Source of the DNA: Dehalococcoidia bacterium
GTDB lineage: Bacteria; Chloroflexota; Dehalococcoidia; Plut-88900
Direction: 5' to 3'
Length of the DNA stretch: 64,000 nt
Assembly (NCBI GenBank): GCA_965197585.1
Contig: OZ240215.1
Span: forward strand, 864,001 to 928,000
Positions 1 to 9,807 of the stretch are shown one piece after another (position 1 is the stretch's first letter; every line of letters begins with the position of its first letter). The position numbers and the translations under genes are program-made. Under the pieces are notes generated by a model. It made no database searches and was not told the DNA's origin. It was given only the letters and a program-made list of their open reading frames with translations.

Positions 1-1263
1 CAGGTGAACAAGGCGGAGAGAATGCCCGAGCTGGTTAGCGTGGCATTCCGCAAAGCTTGGGGCAACAGGCCGGGGCCCGTGTACCTGGACCTTCCCGGCG
101 ACGTGCTCCACGAGCGGGTGGACGAGGCGAACGTACAGTTCCCGGTCAACTCCAGGACCGACGCTCGAATCCTTGGGGACCCGGATGAAGTTAAGAGGGC
201 AATCGAGCTTTTGTCCAAGGCCGAGAAGCCCTTGGTCCTGTCGGGGACGGGTGTGATGTGGTCAAAGGCATCCAAGGAGATCCAGGAGTTTGTCGAAACC
301 ACGGGTATTCCCTTCTACACGACACCCCAGTCCAGGGGCGTGATACCCGAAGACAACGAACTTTCCTTCCCGGCCGCCCGCTCAATGGCGTTCAGGGAAG
401 CCGACGTAGCCCTGGTTGTGGGTACCAGGATCAACTGGATCTGGCAGTACCTGCAGGCCCCCCGGTTTAGGGCGGACCTGAAAACTATCCAGGTGAATAC
501 GGACAGGGAAGAGATTGGCCACAACAAGGCGGCGGAAGTCGGCATAGTCGGGGACGCCAAGATGGTGCTGCGACAGCTGATGGAAGAGGCTAAAGAGCAG
601 AAATTCGAGAACAAGAGCAAGAGTGCGTGGATCGATCAGTTGCGCGCCAAGGAGGCTACCAACAACGAGCGAAGCCAGCCCACCCTGAACTCCGACCAGA
701 TCCCGATGCACCCGCTCCGCATGATGAAGGAAATCAGGGAATTCCTGCCCAGGGATGCCATGTTGGTCGTAGACGGCCACGAGACTTTGAACTTCGGTCG
801 GCAGTCCATACAGACCTACTACCCTGGTCACAGGATCAACTCCGGTGCGTCGGGGTGCATGGGGGTCGGGCTTCCGTTCGGGCTGGCGTCGGCGCTGGCG
901 AAGCCGGACAAGAAGACGCTGGTAATCCACGGTGACGGCTCCTTCGGGATCAACGCCATCAATATAGACACGGCGGTCAGGCACAACATCCCGCTGGTGT
1001 GTGTGGTGAACGTGAACGGCGGTTGGGCGTCGGGACGAAAGGGCGACGACGTTCTGAAGACGGGAATCGAGCTCGGATTCGAGCAGCGATACGACAAGCT
1101 GGGAGAGGCTCTCGGCGCGCATGGTGAATACGTCACGAAGCCGGAAGAGATGAAACCCGCCCTGCAGCGAGCCTTCGACTCCGGCAAGCCGGCTATCGTC
1201 AATGTGATCACCGACCGCTGGGCCGCTTCCACGACCCAGAACTTCCAGCCCTACGATCACTAG
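1..1263 (+). CDS. ThDP-dependent enzyme (acetolactate synthase / 2-hydroxyacyl-CoA lyase-like), 5'-truncated by window
   Basis: RPGPVYLDLPGD motif, central FAD-binding-like domain, C-terminal ThDP motif GDGSFG...VNGGW. Confidence 0.9.
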   Translation, partial: QVNKAERMPELVSVAFRKAWGNRPGPVYLDLPGDVLHERVDEANVQFPVNSRTDARILGDPDEVKRAIELLSKAEKPLVLSGTGVMWSKASKEIQEFVETTGIPFYTTPQSRGVIPEDNELSFPAARSMAFREADVALVVGTRINWIWQYLQAPRFRADLKTIQVNTDREEIGHNKAAEVGIVGDAKMVLRQLMEEAKEQKFENKSKSAWIDQLRAKEATNNERSQPTLNSDQIPMHPLRMMKEIREFLPRDAMLVVDGHETLNFGRQSIQTYYPGHRINSGASGCMGVGLPFGLASALAKPDKKTLVIHGDGSFGINAINIDTAVRHNIPLVCVVNVNGGWASGRKGDDVLKTGIELGFEQRYDKLGEALGAHGEYVTKPEEMKPALQRAFDSGKPAIVNVITDRWAASTTQNFQPYDH

Positions 1264-1283
1264 ACCGAAAGCAAAATAGACTC

Positions 1284-1327
1284 AAAAAGGAGCGGCTCCG
1301 ACATTGTCGGGGCCGCTCCTCTTTGTT
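1284..1327. terminator. Bidirectional intrinsic terminator
   Basis: Stem AGGAGCGGCTCCGACA/TGTCGGGGCCGCTCCT with A-tract 5' and T-rich 3', between convergent genes. Confidence 0.8.
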
Positions 1328-1343
1328 ATCGAGTTGGGCTGGC

Positions 1344-1799
1344 CTATTGGCCGAGATGTACGATTTCTAGGTTGCCCCAGTGCCGGTTGAGGTACTCCGC
1401 GACAAGGCGGCGGTGGCACTGGTCGGGCTTGTCCTCGCTGCAGAGGAGGCAGGCGTCGGCTATGGTCCTTTTCGGGATCGTCTTCTCGATGCGGCGCTCT
1501 TGCATCAGCGCGAGGAACTCACGCTGGTAGCGGTTCCAGTCGTGGTGTTGGTTCCGGTAGCTGTCCAACATTTCCTTGGTCGGGGCCATGGAGGGGAGAT
1601 GGACGTAGTCCATGTCGCAGATGTTGTTCAGGAAATATTCCAAGTCATTCTTCTTGGCAAAACCGGCCAGCTGCGAGACGTTGTTTAGCCGAACATCAAC
1701 CAGACGTTTGGCCCCCGACTTCCGCAGGAGATTGAAGAACCCGGATGCGGCAATCTTGGTGAAACCTATGGTGTAAATCTTCAAAAGGTATGGTTCCAA
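1344..1799 (-). CDS. DUF488 family protein
   Basis: IYTIGF...LVDVRLNNVSQLAGFAK...CLLCSE..P.QCHRRLVAE pattern. Confidence 0.85.
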   Translation of the reverse strand: MEPYLLKIYTIGFTKIAASGFFNLLRKSGAKRLVDVRLNNVSQLAGFAKKNDLEYFLNNICDMDYVHLPSMAPTKEMLDSYRNQHHDWNRYQREFLALMQERRIEKTIPKRTIADACLLCSEDKPDQCHRRLVAEYLNRHWGNLEIVHLGQ

Positions 1800-1818
1800 T
1801 AATCCGTTCTGGAGGGAT

Positions 1819-2757
1819 TTACACTTTCACCGCAGGAACGACTTCCTTGGCGAGGCGGGTGAGGTGGGCGATGTCTAGGTCGGGGGGTGAGATGATGACT
1901 TCGTTGCAGCCGGCGTCTACCACGGTTTGGAGACGGGCGACGCACGTGTTCAAGTCTCCGAAGGTGGTGTAGGTGTCGGAGTCGAAGGCGGGGCCGTAGA
2001 CGGACGTGGCCAGTCCTCGGTTCCGCGCCCGAGCCTTATCCACGTCTTCATCAATGGTCATGTATTCGAGGCTGGCGTAGCCGAGGGAGTCCGGGTCCCG
2101 ACCCCTCTCCTTTGCAAAACCCTTTATCTTACTTATCTTCTCGGCGAGGATTTCGGGTGAGTTGCGGGCTCCGCCTATCCAGCCGTCGGCGAGCGCTGCG
2201 GTACGCTTCAGGACGCCGTCAGCCTCACCGCCAATCCAGATGGGCAGGTTCTCTTTCTGCACGGGGCGGGGCTCGATGTTCACGTTGCTGAAGTTCACAA
2301 ACCGTCCCTCGAAGGCGGCGTCGGGGCCCGACCAAATTGCCCGCATGGCTGCGAGATTCTCACGAAATCGGCGCACTCTCTCCTCGAGCTTCATGCCCAA
2401 TGAATGGAATTCTACTTCCCGACCTCCGAGGCCGATGCCCAGGTCCAAACGCCCGCCGGAGAGGTAGTCTATGGTAGAGACTTCCTTAGCCAGGAGGATG
2501 GAGTGTCTGTGCGGAAGTAGAAGAACTGCGGTGCCAAGCCTCACCCTTGTGGTGACGGCGCTAGCCCAGGCGAGCATGGTCATGGCGTCGGGGACCTTGG
2601 ACGGGCTGTAGATGCGGTCGAGGATCCAGACAGTGGAAAACCCCAGCTCTTCTACAGTCTGGAACCATTTGACAAAGTCGGCGGGAGCGGGGAGGTCACC
2701 GCGGTAGTGTGTGGGCACGAGGACGCTCATCTGGGTGGGTCGAGCCATAGGGGTCAC
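1819..2757 (-). CDS. LLM-class flavin/F420-dependent oxidoreductase
   Basis: EELGFSTVW, RVRLGTAVLLLP, LSGGRLDLGIGLG, P.PVQ..LPIWIGG motifs. Confidence 0.9.
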   Translation of the reverse strand: MTPMARPTQMSVLVPTHYRGDLPAPADFVKWFQTVEELGFSTVWILDRIYSPSKVPDAMTMLAWASAVTTRVRLGTAVLLLPHRHSILLAKEVSTIDYLSGGRLDLGIGLGGREVEFHSLGMKLEERVRRFRENLAAMRAIWSGPDAAFEGRFVNFSNVNIEPRPVQKENLPIWIGGEADGVLKRTAALADGWIGGARNSPEILAEKISKIKGFAKERGRDPDSLGYASLEYMTIDEDVDKARARNRGLATSVYGPAFDSDTYTTFGDLNTCVARLQTVVDAGCNEVIISPPDLDIAHLTRLAKEVVPAVKV

Positions 2758-2794
2758 CTCCTGCTATGTTTGCCCGGAGTCCGCGCTATTGCAC

Positions 2795-3202
2795 TTAAAG
2801 GTTGGCGGGCTCCAGGATACCGAACTGGTTCCCGTAAAGGTCTTCGAAGACTGCCTGGACTCCCCAGGGCGCGGTCTCGGGGGCCTGGTGGAACTTTACG
2901 CCCAGCCTCGAGAGCCTTTCATATTCCTTGGCGCAGTCGTCTGTGTGAAACATCCACATTGTGCCCTCCCCGACGCGGCTCAGGAGAATCTTTCGGTCCT
3001 CCTCAGCCTGGAAGGGGCCCGGAAGGAAGAGGACTATTTCGGGCTCTGTCTGGCCCCTGGGTGCGACGGTGAGCCACCGGAAACCGGGCACTACGGAGGA
3101 GTTGTCTTCACCTTTTTCGAGGCCCAGGACGTTGGTATACCAGTCAAGGGCTTCATCTAGGTCGGATACGAGGATGGAGACGTGGGCGAGCTTGGTAATC
3201 AT
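2795..3202 (-). CDS. VOC (glyoxalase/bleomycin resistance) family protein
   Basis: HVSILVSDLDEALDWY..VLG and PWG..AVFEDLYGN motifs. Confidence 0.9.
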   Translation of the reverse strand: MITKLAHVSILVSDLDEALDWYTNVLGLEKGEDNSSVVPGFRWLTVAPRGQTEPEIVLFLPGPFQAEEDRKILLSRVGEGTMWMFHTDDCAKEYERLSRLGVKFHQAPETAPWGVQAVFEDLYGNQFGILEPANL

Positions 3203-3409
3203 GGCGGCAATGATAGCATGGGAGGTGAGGCCCGGGGTTGGAGGAGTTTTGCAGGTCGTCGGATTGGAGTGGCTGGGTCACCCTGTAACTAACTGGCTTG
3301 TATCAGGGCTCAATAGCTCACCCATATTCATCGACTAACTCATTAGCGTAGTAAGATGATCTGGCTATACGAACCAAGTGAGAGACGTACAAGCAATAAG
3401 GGGGAGAAC

Positions 3410-3696
3410 ATGGCAGCGTTTGTAATAACCGATGTAGAGATAACGGATGCCGACCTCTACGGACAGTTTTTGGTGAAAGTGACTGCCACCGTCGAGGGGC
3501 ACGGCGGTAAGTTTGTTGCCAGGGCGGCGCGCTTAGTGTGATCTCTGGCGACTGGTCGCCCAATCGCATAGCCATACTCCAGTTCGACAACCTCGATCAG
3601 ATCCACGCCTGGCTAAGCTCGCCGGAATACGCGGCCCTGAATGACATGCGCTCCAAGTCCTCCAACATCAACATAGTAGTCGTAGAGGGTTTATAG
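3410..3696 (+). pseudogene. DUF1330 family protein, frameshifted
   Basis: MAAFVITDVEITD...HGGKFVAR continues in another frame as GALSVISGDWSPNRIAILQF...WLSSPEY...VVVEGL*; one base missing at GCCAGGGCGGCG (~3520). Confidence 0.8.
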
Positions 3697-3797
3697 CCCC
3701 GAGGCCCGAAAGACCTTCATTCCGCTATTGTTGCCGGCCTGGGGCCAGAGGGCCTGTCGGCGAGAACTTACCCAGAACCGGATTGAGTAGGTGAATC

Positions 3798-5450
3798 ATG
3801 GTCAAAATGAGTGGGGGTGAAGCCCTTGCCAAGTCTCTGGTTAGGGAAGGCGTTGAGGTTGTATTCGGTATCCCGGGCATACAGATGTATGGGATTGTCG
3901 CCGGGCTGAGGGATGAGCCGGACATCCGGATGATCACCACTCGGCACGAGCAGGCAACGACGTATATGGCCGACGGCTATGCCCGCACGTCGGGAAAACC
4001 GGGAGTGGCAATGGTGGTGCCGGGGGTGGGACTCTATAACGCCGCATCCGGATTGACCAATGCGTATTCCCGCGCGGCGCTATAGGCAAAGGCCTCGGGG
4101 TCGTTCGTGAAATCTCAAACCAGCCCGACGCTGTGCGGCCCGTGACCAAATGACATCGGCAAGCGAGCAGGCCCCGGGAAGTGCCGGATGCCGTCTTCGA
4201 GGCATTCAGGCAGATGCGTACGGGTCGCCCCCGCCCCGTCTTGATCGAGATGCCGCCGGAAGCGGGCGTGGAACGGGAAGACATCAAGCTGCGCGACCCT
4301 GCTCGTATCTCTCGCATCGTGCCTAGCCCGGATGACCTGAAAGAGGCTGCAGGAGTCATAGCTCGCTCATCCATACCCATGATATTCGCCGGGGGGCGGG
4401 GTTGCTAGGTCGGATGCGGAGGAAGCTCTGATCAAGCTGGCGGAAGCGACAAACATACCGGTAGTAACTTCCAGCGGAGGCAAGGGGACGATCCCTGACA
4501 ACCATCCGCTGTCATATGGCTCGTGTTTCAGCCCCCGTGGCGAGAGGCAGGAGATGAATCAGCTGTTCGAGGTGATGCAGTCGGCGGACGTGGTTATAGG
4601 AATCGGAGCGCGCTTTTCGTTGGGGAATCCGGCGGGTGAGGCGTCGACATTGATAAACATCAATATCGACGACACGGAACTCACCAGAATCCAGGCCAAC
4701 ACGATACCTTTGCACGGCGACGCTCGGGCCACCATCGAGGCGCTGCTTCCCTACCTGATGGAGGCTGGCGCAGGTGAGCGAACATAGCCCGCGAAAGCGG
4801 TCAGAGCGGCGCGCAGCCTGATATCGTATTACGACATCGGGCTGAAGGAGCCGCAGTACCCGGTCCTGGAGGCGATGCAGAAAGGCGTTCCGGAAGACGC
4901 CTTCATAGTTTGGGACGTCACGCAGTTCGGGTACTACGCCCGCACCCATTGGAAGGTGAATCACCCGAAGACTTACATAGATTCCGGCTATTCGTTCAAC
5001 CTGGGCTACGCCTTCCCGACCGCGCTGGGAGTGAAGGTGGCCAACCCGGACCGGCCGGTGGTGTGCATAGCGGGTGACGGCGGGTTCATGTTCAACGCGT
5101 CCGAACTGTCAACGGCAGTCAAGTACGGGATCAACGTTGTAACCGTGATCTTCAGAAACGACTCATATGGCAACGTTGCCCGAGACCTGGAGGAGGGGTT
5201 CAACGGAGCCTATGGTACCGACTTACATAACCCCGATTTCGTCAAATTCGCGGAGTCGTTCGGAGCTGTCGGGTTGAGGGCGGAGGACCCGCTGGAGCTG
5301 GAGACACTGGTGCCCCAGGCGCTGGCACTCAAGGCGCCGGTGCTTATAGACGTGCCCTTCGGAGAAATGCCGATACCAAGGGCGCCACAGATTTCGTTCG
5401 TCTACAATCTGCCCTGGACGCAGCCCCAGGAGGGCCTTATCACGTCCTGA
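3798..5450 (+). pseudogene. ThDP-binding protein (acetolactate synthase-like), disrupted
   Basis: N-terminal VFGIPG...RHEQ..YMADGYAR and C-terminal GDGGF...NDSYG motifs split by a frameshifting deletion (~4070), TGA (4151), a frameshift in a G-run (~4395) and TAG (4785). Confidence 0.85.
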
Positions 5451-5465
5451 GCCCGAGAGGCGGTG

Positions 5466-6245
5466 TTACTGGAATTTCGGAGGTCGTTTCTCCTTGAAGG
5501 CTTGGCCCGCATTCACCATGTCACCGGTGGAAGCTGCGGCGATGCTGGAATCGCGCTCGTAGGTGAGGGCGGCGCCGAAGTTCGACTCTGCGCCTACGTT
5601 GAGCGCGGCCTTGGCCAGAGCAATGGCCATGGGTGACTTTTCGAGCACCTTGTGGGCAACGGCGGTGGCCTCTTCTACCAGCTTGTCGGCGGGAACGACG
5701 CGGTTGACCATGCCAAGTTGCTTGGCCTCGGCGGCAGGTACATGCTCTCCCAGGTAGATAAGCTCCTTGGCCCGAGCCAGACCGATACCCTGGGGTAGCA
5801 GATAAGTTCCCGCACCCGTCACTGTAGCGCCTACACCTGTTTCCGGGAACCCGAACTTGGCCTCCTCGGACGCAACGACGAGGTCACAGTCGAGGGCAAT
5901 CTCGCAGCCCGCGCCGAGAGCGTAGCCGTTTACCGCGGCAATGGCGACTTTGCGCATGTCTCTCAAGACCTGGGCCACGGTCTGCAGGTTATGGGTGCTA
6001 CGTTTCTCTTGTCCAGGAGGGATGCCTGCAGCAGCTTCCTTGAGGTCGGCGCCCGCACAGAATGCCCGACCCTCGCCGGTAAGGATTACAATCTTCACGT
6101 CGGGGTCAGCCTCGGCCTGCTCCACGGCCTCCCTGAGCTCCCTGGCGAAGACGCGGTTGACGGCATTGAGGGACCGGGGGCGGTTGAAACGGATCCAGAG
6201 GATTCCATCTTCCTTCAGGTCGTATATCAGCGTTTCCTGGCTCAT
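5466..6245 (-). CDS. Enoyl-CoA hydratase/isomerase (crotonase) family
   Basis: FNRP..LNA, GRAFCAGADL, AVNGYALGAGCEIAL.CD, FGFPE. Confidence 0.93.
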   Translation of the reverse strand: MSQETLIYDLKEDGILWIRFNRPRSLNAVNRVFARELREAVEQAEADPDVKIVILTGEGRAFCAGADLKEAAAGIPPGQEKRSTHNLQTVAQVLRDMRKVAIAAVNGYALGAGCEIALDCDLVVASEEAKFGFPETGVGATVTGAGTYLLPQGIGLARAKELIYLGEHVPAAEAKQLGMVNRVVPADKLVEEATAVAHKVLEKSPMAIALAKAALNVGAESNFGAALTYERDSSIAAASTGDMVNAGQAFKEKRPPKFQ

Positions 6246-6274
6246 TACTGCTCCTCCATTAAGGGCACTAGGTA

Positions 6275-7486
6275 TCAGGCTATAACGGAACGGTCTTTCA
6301 GTTCGACTATTTGCTCCCAGGACAAGTCGAGTTCACGAAGCACTTCCTCTGTGTGCTGGCCCCACTCGGGCGCGGGCCCCGAGGGATGAGTAGGCGTGTC
6401 CCGCAGCGCGAATGGGATGCCAATTTCCGGGTACACCCCGAGACCCGGATGCTCAACCTCGGTGAGGAAGTTGTTGGCCTTTACCTGGGGGTCGGCGACA
6501 ACCTCCGAAAGGCGGGCATCCTGCGCCCATACAAGCTGGTATTCGTCGAAACGTGGCGCCCATTCGACCAATGGTCTACGGGCGATGGCCTCGTCCAAAA
6601 GCTTGATGGCCTCCAGGTGGTTCTTCATCATCTTTCCGTGGGCGTTGAACCGTGAGTCTGAGGCGAGGCCGGGGACTTCCAGCGCCAGGCAGGTCGGGGC
6701 CCAGTAGCGGTCACCCTGGGGCATGGAAAACTGGACCCAGCGGCCATCGCCGCACTGGTAGGTATTATATAGGGGGCTGGGTGCGGAGGTACGGGTCTCC
6801 CGAAGCACGTCTTCGCCGGAGAACAGGGTGCGGTGAAGGTCGTAGCCTGCCACCCACATTCCACTGGACAGAAGGGATGATTCGACTATCTGGCCTTTGC
6901 CGGTGCGTTCCCTGGCAAACAGGGCAAGGGAGATGGCATTGGTCATGCAGACGGCTGTAGTCAGGTCTCCCATGGCGCCGTGCAGGTGAGTAGGGGGGCC
7001 GCCGGGTTCGCCCATGAAGGACAGGAACCCCCCTCGGGCCCAGAATCCTACCTCGTCGAAAGCGGGCTTGTTCTTGTCGGGGCCCTTGGGGCCGAATCCG
7101 GTGAGGAGACCGTAGATAAGTCTGGGGTTGAGGGCGGTGATGGTCTCGGGGGTCATCTCCAGGTGTTCGAGAGCCTGGGGCCGGACATTGGTGACGAAGA
7201 CGTCGGCGGTCTGGACGAGACGGTAGACTAGCTGTTGACCCTCGGGCTTGCGTAGGTCGATGCCTGCGCTGCGTTTGCCGCGGTTGACCATCTCGGCCAT
7301 GTAGTTGAAGGGTGGGGTCTTGGCTCCCCAACGTTCCTCCAGGTCGAGGCCGCGTATGGGGTCTCCGCCGTCGAGGGGCTCTATCTTGATGACGTCGGCG
7401 CCACACTCGGCGAGGAGCATACCGGCGGCAGGCCCTGCGAACCAGATGCCTAGCTCAACTACCTTGATGCCTTCCAGCGGTCTCAT
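6275..7486 (-). CDS. Family III CoA-transferase (CaiB/BaiF)
   Basis: PLEGIKVVEL..AGP...GADVIKIEP..GD, NRGKRS, AP.WGQHT; SD CAGGAG before ATG 7486. Confidence 0.93.
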   Translation of the reverse strand: MRPLEGIKVVELGIWFAGPAAGMLLAECGADVIKIEPLDGGDPIRGLDLEERWGAKTPPFNYMAEMVNRGKRSAGIDLRKPEGQQLVYRLVQTADVFVTNVRPQALEHLEMTPETITALNPRLIYGLLTGFGPKGPDKNKPAFDEVGFWARGGFLSFMGEPGGPPTHLHGAMGDLTTAVCMTNAISLALFARERTGKGQIVESSLLSSGMWVAGYDLHRTLFSGEDVLRETRTSAPSPLYNTYQCGDGRWVQFSMPQGDRYWAPTCLALEVPGLASDSRFNAHGKMMKNHLEAIKLLDEAIARRPLVEWAPRFDEYQLVWAQDARLSEVVADPQVKANNFLTEVEHPGLGVYPEIGIPFALRDTPTHPSGPAPEWGQHTEEVLRELDLSWEQIVELKDRSVIA

Positions 7487-7627
7487 TGCGATCTCCTGTA
7501 CCGTAGAATCCGAACTCCGCGACATTCTATGGTCACAGGCGTTGGGAATTTCGGCCTGACAATATAATATGCAAGCGCGTGTCGGCAAGCGAAAACACCC
7601 CCTAAATTGCAACAGAGAGGAATTCCC

Positions 7628-8578
7628 ATGAGCGTTGACGAGATTAGAACGAGCAGTGAACTACCACCCCCTGAAGTTAAGGAGGTGGCTGATCGCATAT
7701 TCTGCTATCTGCAGGCCGACGGCAGCTGGGGACTGAATAACGCGGGTTTCGTGGTGGGGAGGAGGGGGGCGACGGTTATCGACACGTGCTTCACCGAGCG
7801 CAGGACTCGGGCCTTTATCGATTCGATACGGGAAGTAACCAAGCTGCCGCTTCAAACCCTGATCAATACACATCATCACGGCGACCACACTCACGGTAAC
7901 TATCTGTTTCCGGATTCGACCATTGTTGCGCACGAGCTATGCCGGGAGGCCATATTGGAAGCGGGACTCCCGCAGCCCGACAATCCCATAGGTATGCTGT
8001 TCCCCAATGTGGACTGGGGCAACCTGGAACTGGCCGCACCGACCCTGACGTACCAGGACAACATGACCCTGTACATCGAGGATTTAAGGCTGGAGCTTAT
8101 CTTCATGGGCCCCGCCCACACGACCAACGACACCGTGGTCTGGCTTCCAGACTTAAAGCTGCTGTTTTCGGGCGACTTGATTTTCAACGAAGGGACACCG
8201 TTTGTCGTCATGGGGTCGGTTGCCGGGTCTCTGGAGGCCGTCGAGAGGCTCAGAGCCCTCGGTCCCGAGACCATAGTCCCGGGCCACGGGCCTGTGTGCG
8301 GCCCAGAGCTTTTCGACCCCACCGAGGCATACCTCCGGTTCGTTCAGGACATCGCCAGGGTGGGGTTCGACGCAGGTGCGGGGCCGCTGGAGATAGCCCG
8401 AAGCGCGGACCTCGGCGAGTTCTCAGAATGGCATGACGCTGAACGGCTTGTGGGCAACATTCACCGTGCCTTTTCAGAGATCAAGGGACATAAGTGGGGC
8501 GAAAAATTGGAGATGAGGCCAATCATCGCGGAAATGGAAGCCTACAATGGAGGAAGCCCCCTCAGGTGTCTGGCGTAG
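7628..8578 (+). CDS. MBL-fold metallo-hydrolase (cyclase-like)
   Basis: NTHHHGDHTHGN, AHT..D, FSGDL, VPGHG. Confidence 0.9.
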   Translation: MSVDEIRTSSELPPPEVKEVADRIFCYLQADGSWGLNNAGFVVGRRGATVIDTCFTERRTRAFIDSIREVTKLPLQTLINTHHHGDHTHGNYLFPDSTIVAHELCREAILEAGLPQPDNPIGMLFPNVDWGNLELAAPTLTYQDNMTLYIEDLRLELIFMGPAHTTNDTVVWLPDLKLLFSGDLIFNEGTPFVVMGSVAGSLEAVERLRALGPETIVPGHGPVCGPELFDPTEAYLRFVQDIARVGFDAGAGPLEIARSADLGEFSEWHDAERLVGNIHRAFSEIKGHKWGEKLEMRPIIAEMEAYNGGSPLRCLA

Positions 8579-8595
8579 GATCATGCAAGGCGAAT

Positions 8596-8625
8596 TGACA
8601 GTTTTGGCGTGGCAAAGGTATTGTT
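8596..8625 (+). promoter_or_regulatory. sigma70-type promoter for LLM-amidohydrolase pair
   Basis: TTGACA-18nt-TATTGT upstream of ATG 8701. Confidence 0.5.
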
Positions 8626-8700
8626 TGCCGAGCCTCGCGAATGTCCGCTAGCCGGATTCCGCAATTTCTAAACGGGTAACACCTGAAGGACAGATAGACC

Positions 8701-9807
8701 ATGATGACATTCGGCCTGTTCCTCTCCTTCATGCAGATCTACGAAGAGCAGCGCGGCCTGGACATGTACAAGAACATGCTGGAGCTCGCGATTCTCGCCG
8801 ATGACCTGGGGTTCGACAATGTCTGGGTGCCGGAGCATCACCTGATCCACTACATCCCTGCCCCGAACGCGCTGCTGGGCGCCACCCAGGTCGGGCAGCA
8901 CGTGAAGAATGCTACTGTCGGGACTGCGGTAGTTCTTCTGCCCTTCCACCACCCTCTGGCGATGGCCGGCGACATAGCCGCTACCGACAACATGTTGAAC
9001 GGCAAGTTTGAGCTGGGTGTGGCCCGAGGCGCATACAAGTACGAGTTTGACCGCTTCGGGCAGGAATTCGGGGACAGCCGGGCCCGCTTTGATGAGTCTC
9101 TCGGAATCCTGGAAAAAGTCTGGCACAGCAAGGATGAAGGAATAGCGCACAAGGGCAAGTTCTGGTCTTTCGACAACACGTATATCTGGCCCCGACCCGT
9201 GCAAGACCCCCATCCCCCGGTATGGGTTGGGTGCATGCACGAATCGACGGCTCTGCACTATGCCCGCAAGGGATACAACGTATTCAATGCACCCTTCCGG
9301 CGTCCCATGAGCCACATCCAGCGGATCTGCGACGCTTTTCATCAGGGGAGGGAAGAGTCTGGCCATGCCCGCGGGCAACAGAGAGTTGGTATGTCGAGGA
9401 TGTACTATGTCGCAGAGACCAAGGAAGAGGCTTTCGCCAAGACGCGGGACGTAATTGTTAACCACCGCATCGGAACACGGCTGCACGACTACACTCAGAA
9501 CTCCAACCCGAGGGCCTACGTGGCCCCCGAGTCGAACGACGATGATCCGTCCCAGCAGGAGGTCTACGACAATCTGCTGATGGGAACACCCGATGAGGTG
9601 TTAGAGAAGGTCTACGCTTTCGACAGGGCGGGTCTCGACCACCTTTCACTGTTTACCCACTTCGGCCCCGGACATGAGGACATGGTGCGCTCTCTCAAAC
9701 TCTTCGCCAAAGAGGTTATGACACCCTACAGGGCGCGGGAGTCGGCTGCGAATGGACGGGAGCCGGTCCTGGCGGGGAAGGGGGTGGCCTGTGGCGTCGG
9801 AAGATAG
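8701..9807 (+). CDS. LLM-class flavin-dependent monooxygenase (luciferase-like)
   Basis: ADDLGFDNVWVPEHH, GTAVVLLPFHHP, ELGVARGAY, PRPVQDPHPPVW. Confidence 0.92.
   Translation: MMTFGLFLSFMQIYEEQRGLDMYKNMLELAILADDLGFDNVWVPEHHLIHYIPAPNALLGATQVGQHVKNATVGTAVVLLPFHHPLAMAGDIAATDNMLNGKFELGVARGAYKYEFDRFGQEFGDSRARFDESLGILEKVWHSKDEGIAHKGKFWSFDNTYIWPRPVQDPHPPVWVGCMHESTALHYARKGYNVFNAPFRRPMSHIQRICDAFHQGREESGHARGQQRVGMSRMYYVAETKEEAFAKTRDVIVNHRIGTRLHDYTQNSNPRAYVAPESNDDDPSQQEVYDNLLMGTPDEVLEKVYAFDRAGLDHLSLFTHFGPGHEDMVRSLKLFAKEVMTPYRARESAANGREPVLAGKGVACGVGR

Noticed and set aside
4151-4153. In-frame TGA in the ThDP gene as possible Sec or Trp recoding
   Set aside because: The same gene has a deletion, a frameshift and a TAG, and TGA terminates many intact genes here, so a simple nonsense mutation is more likely
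8626-8700. Possible riboswitch in the LLM gene leader
   Set aside because: Only small hairpins, with no recognisable aptamer consensus or expression platform
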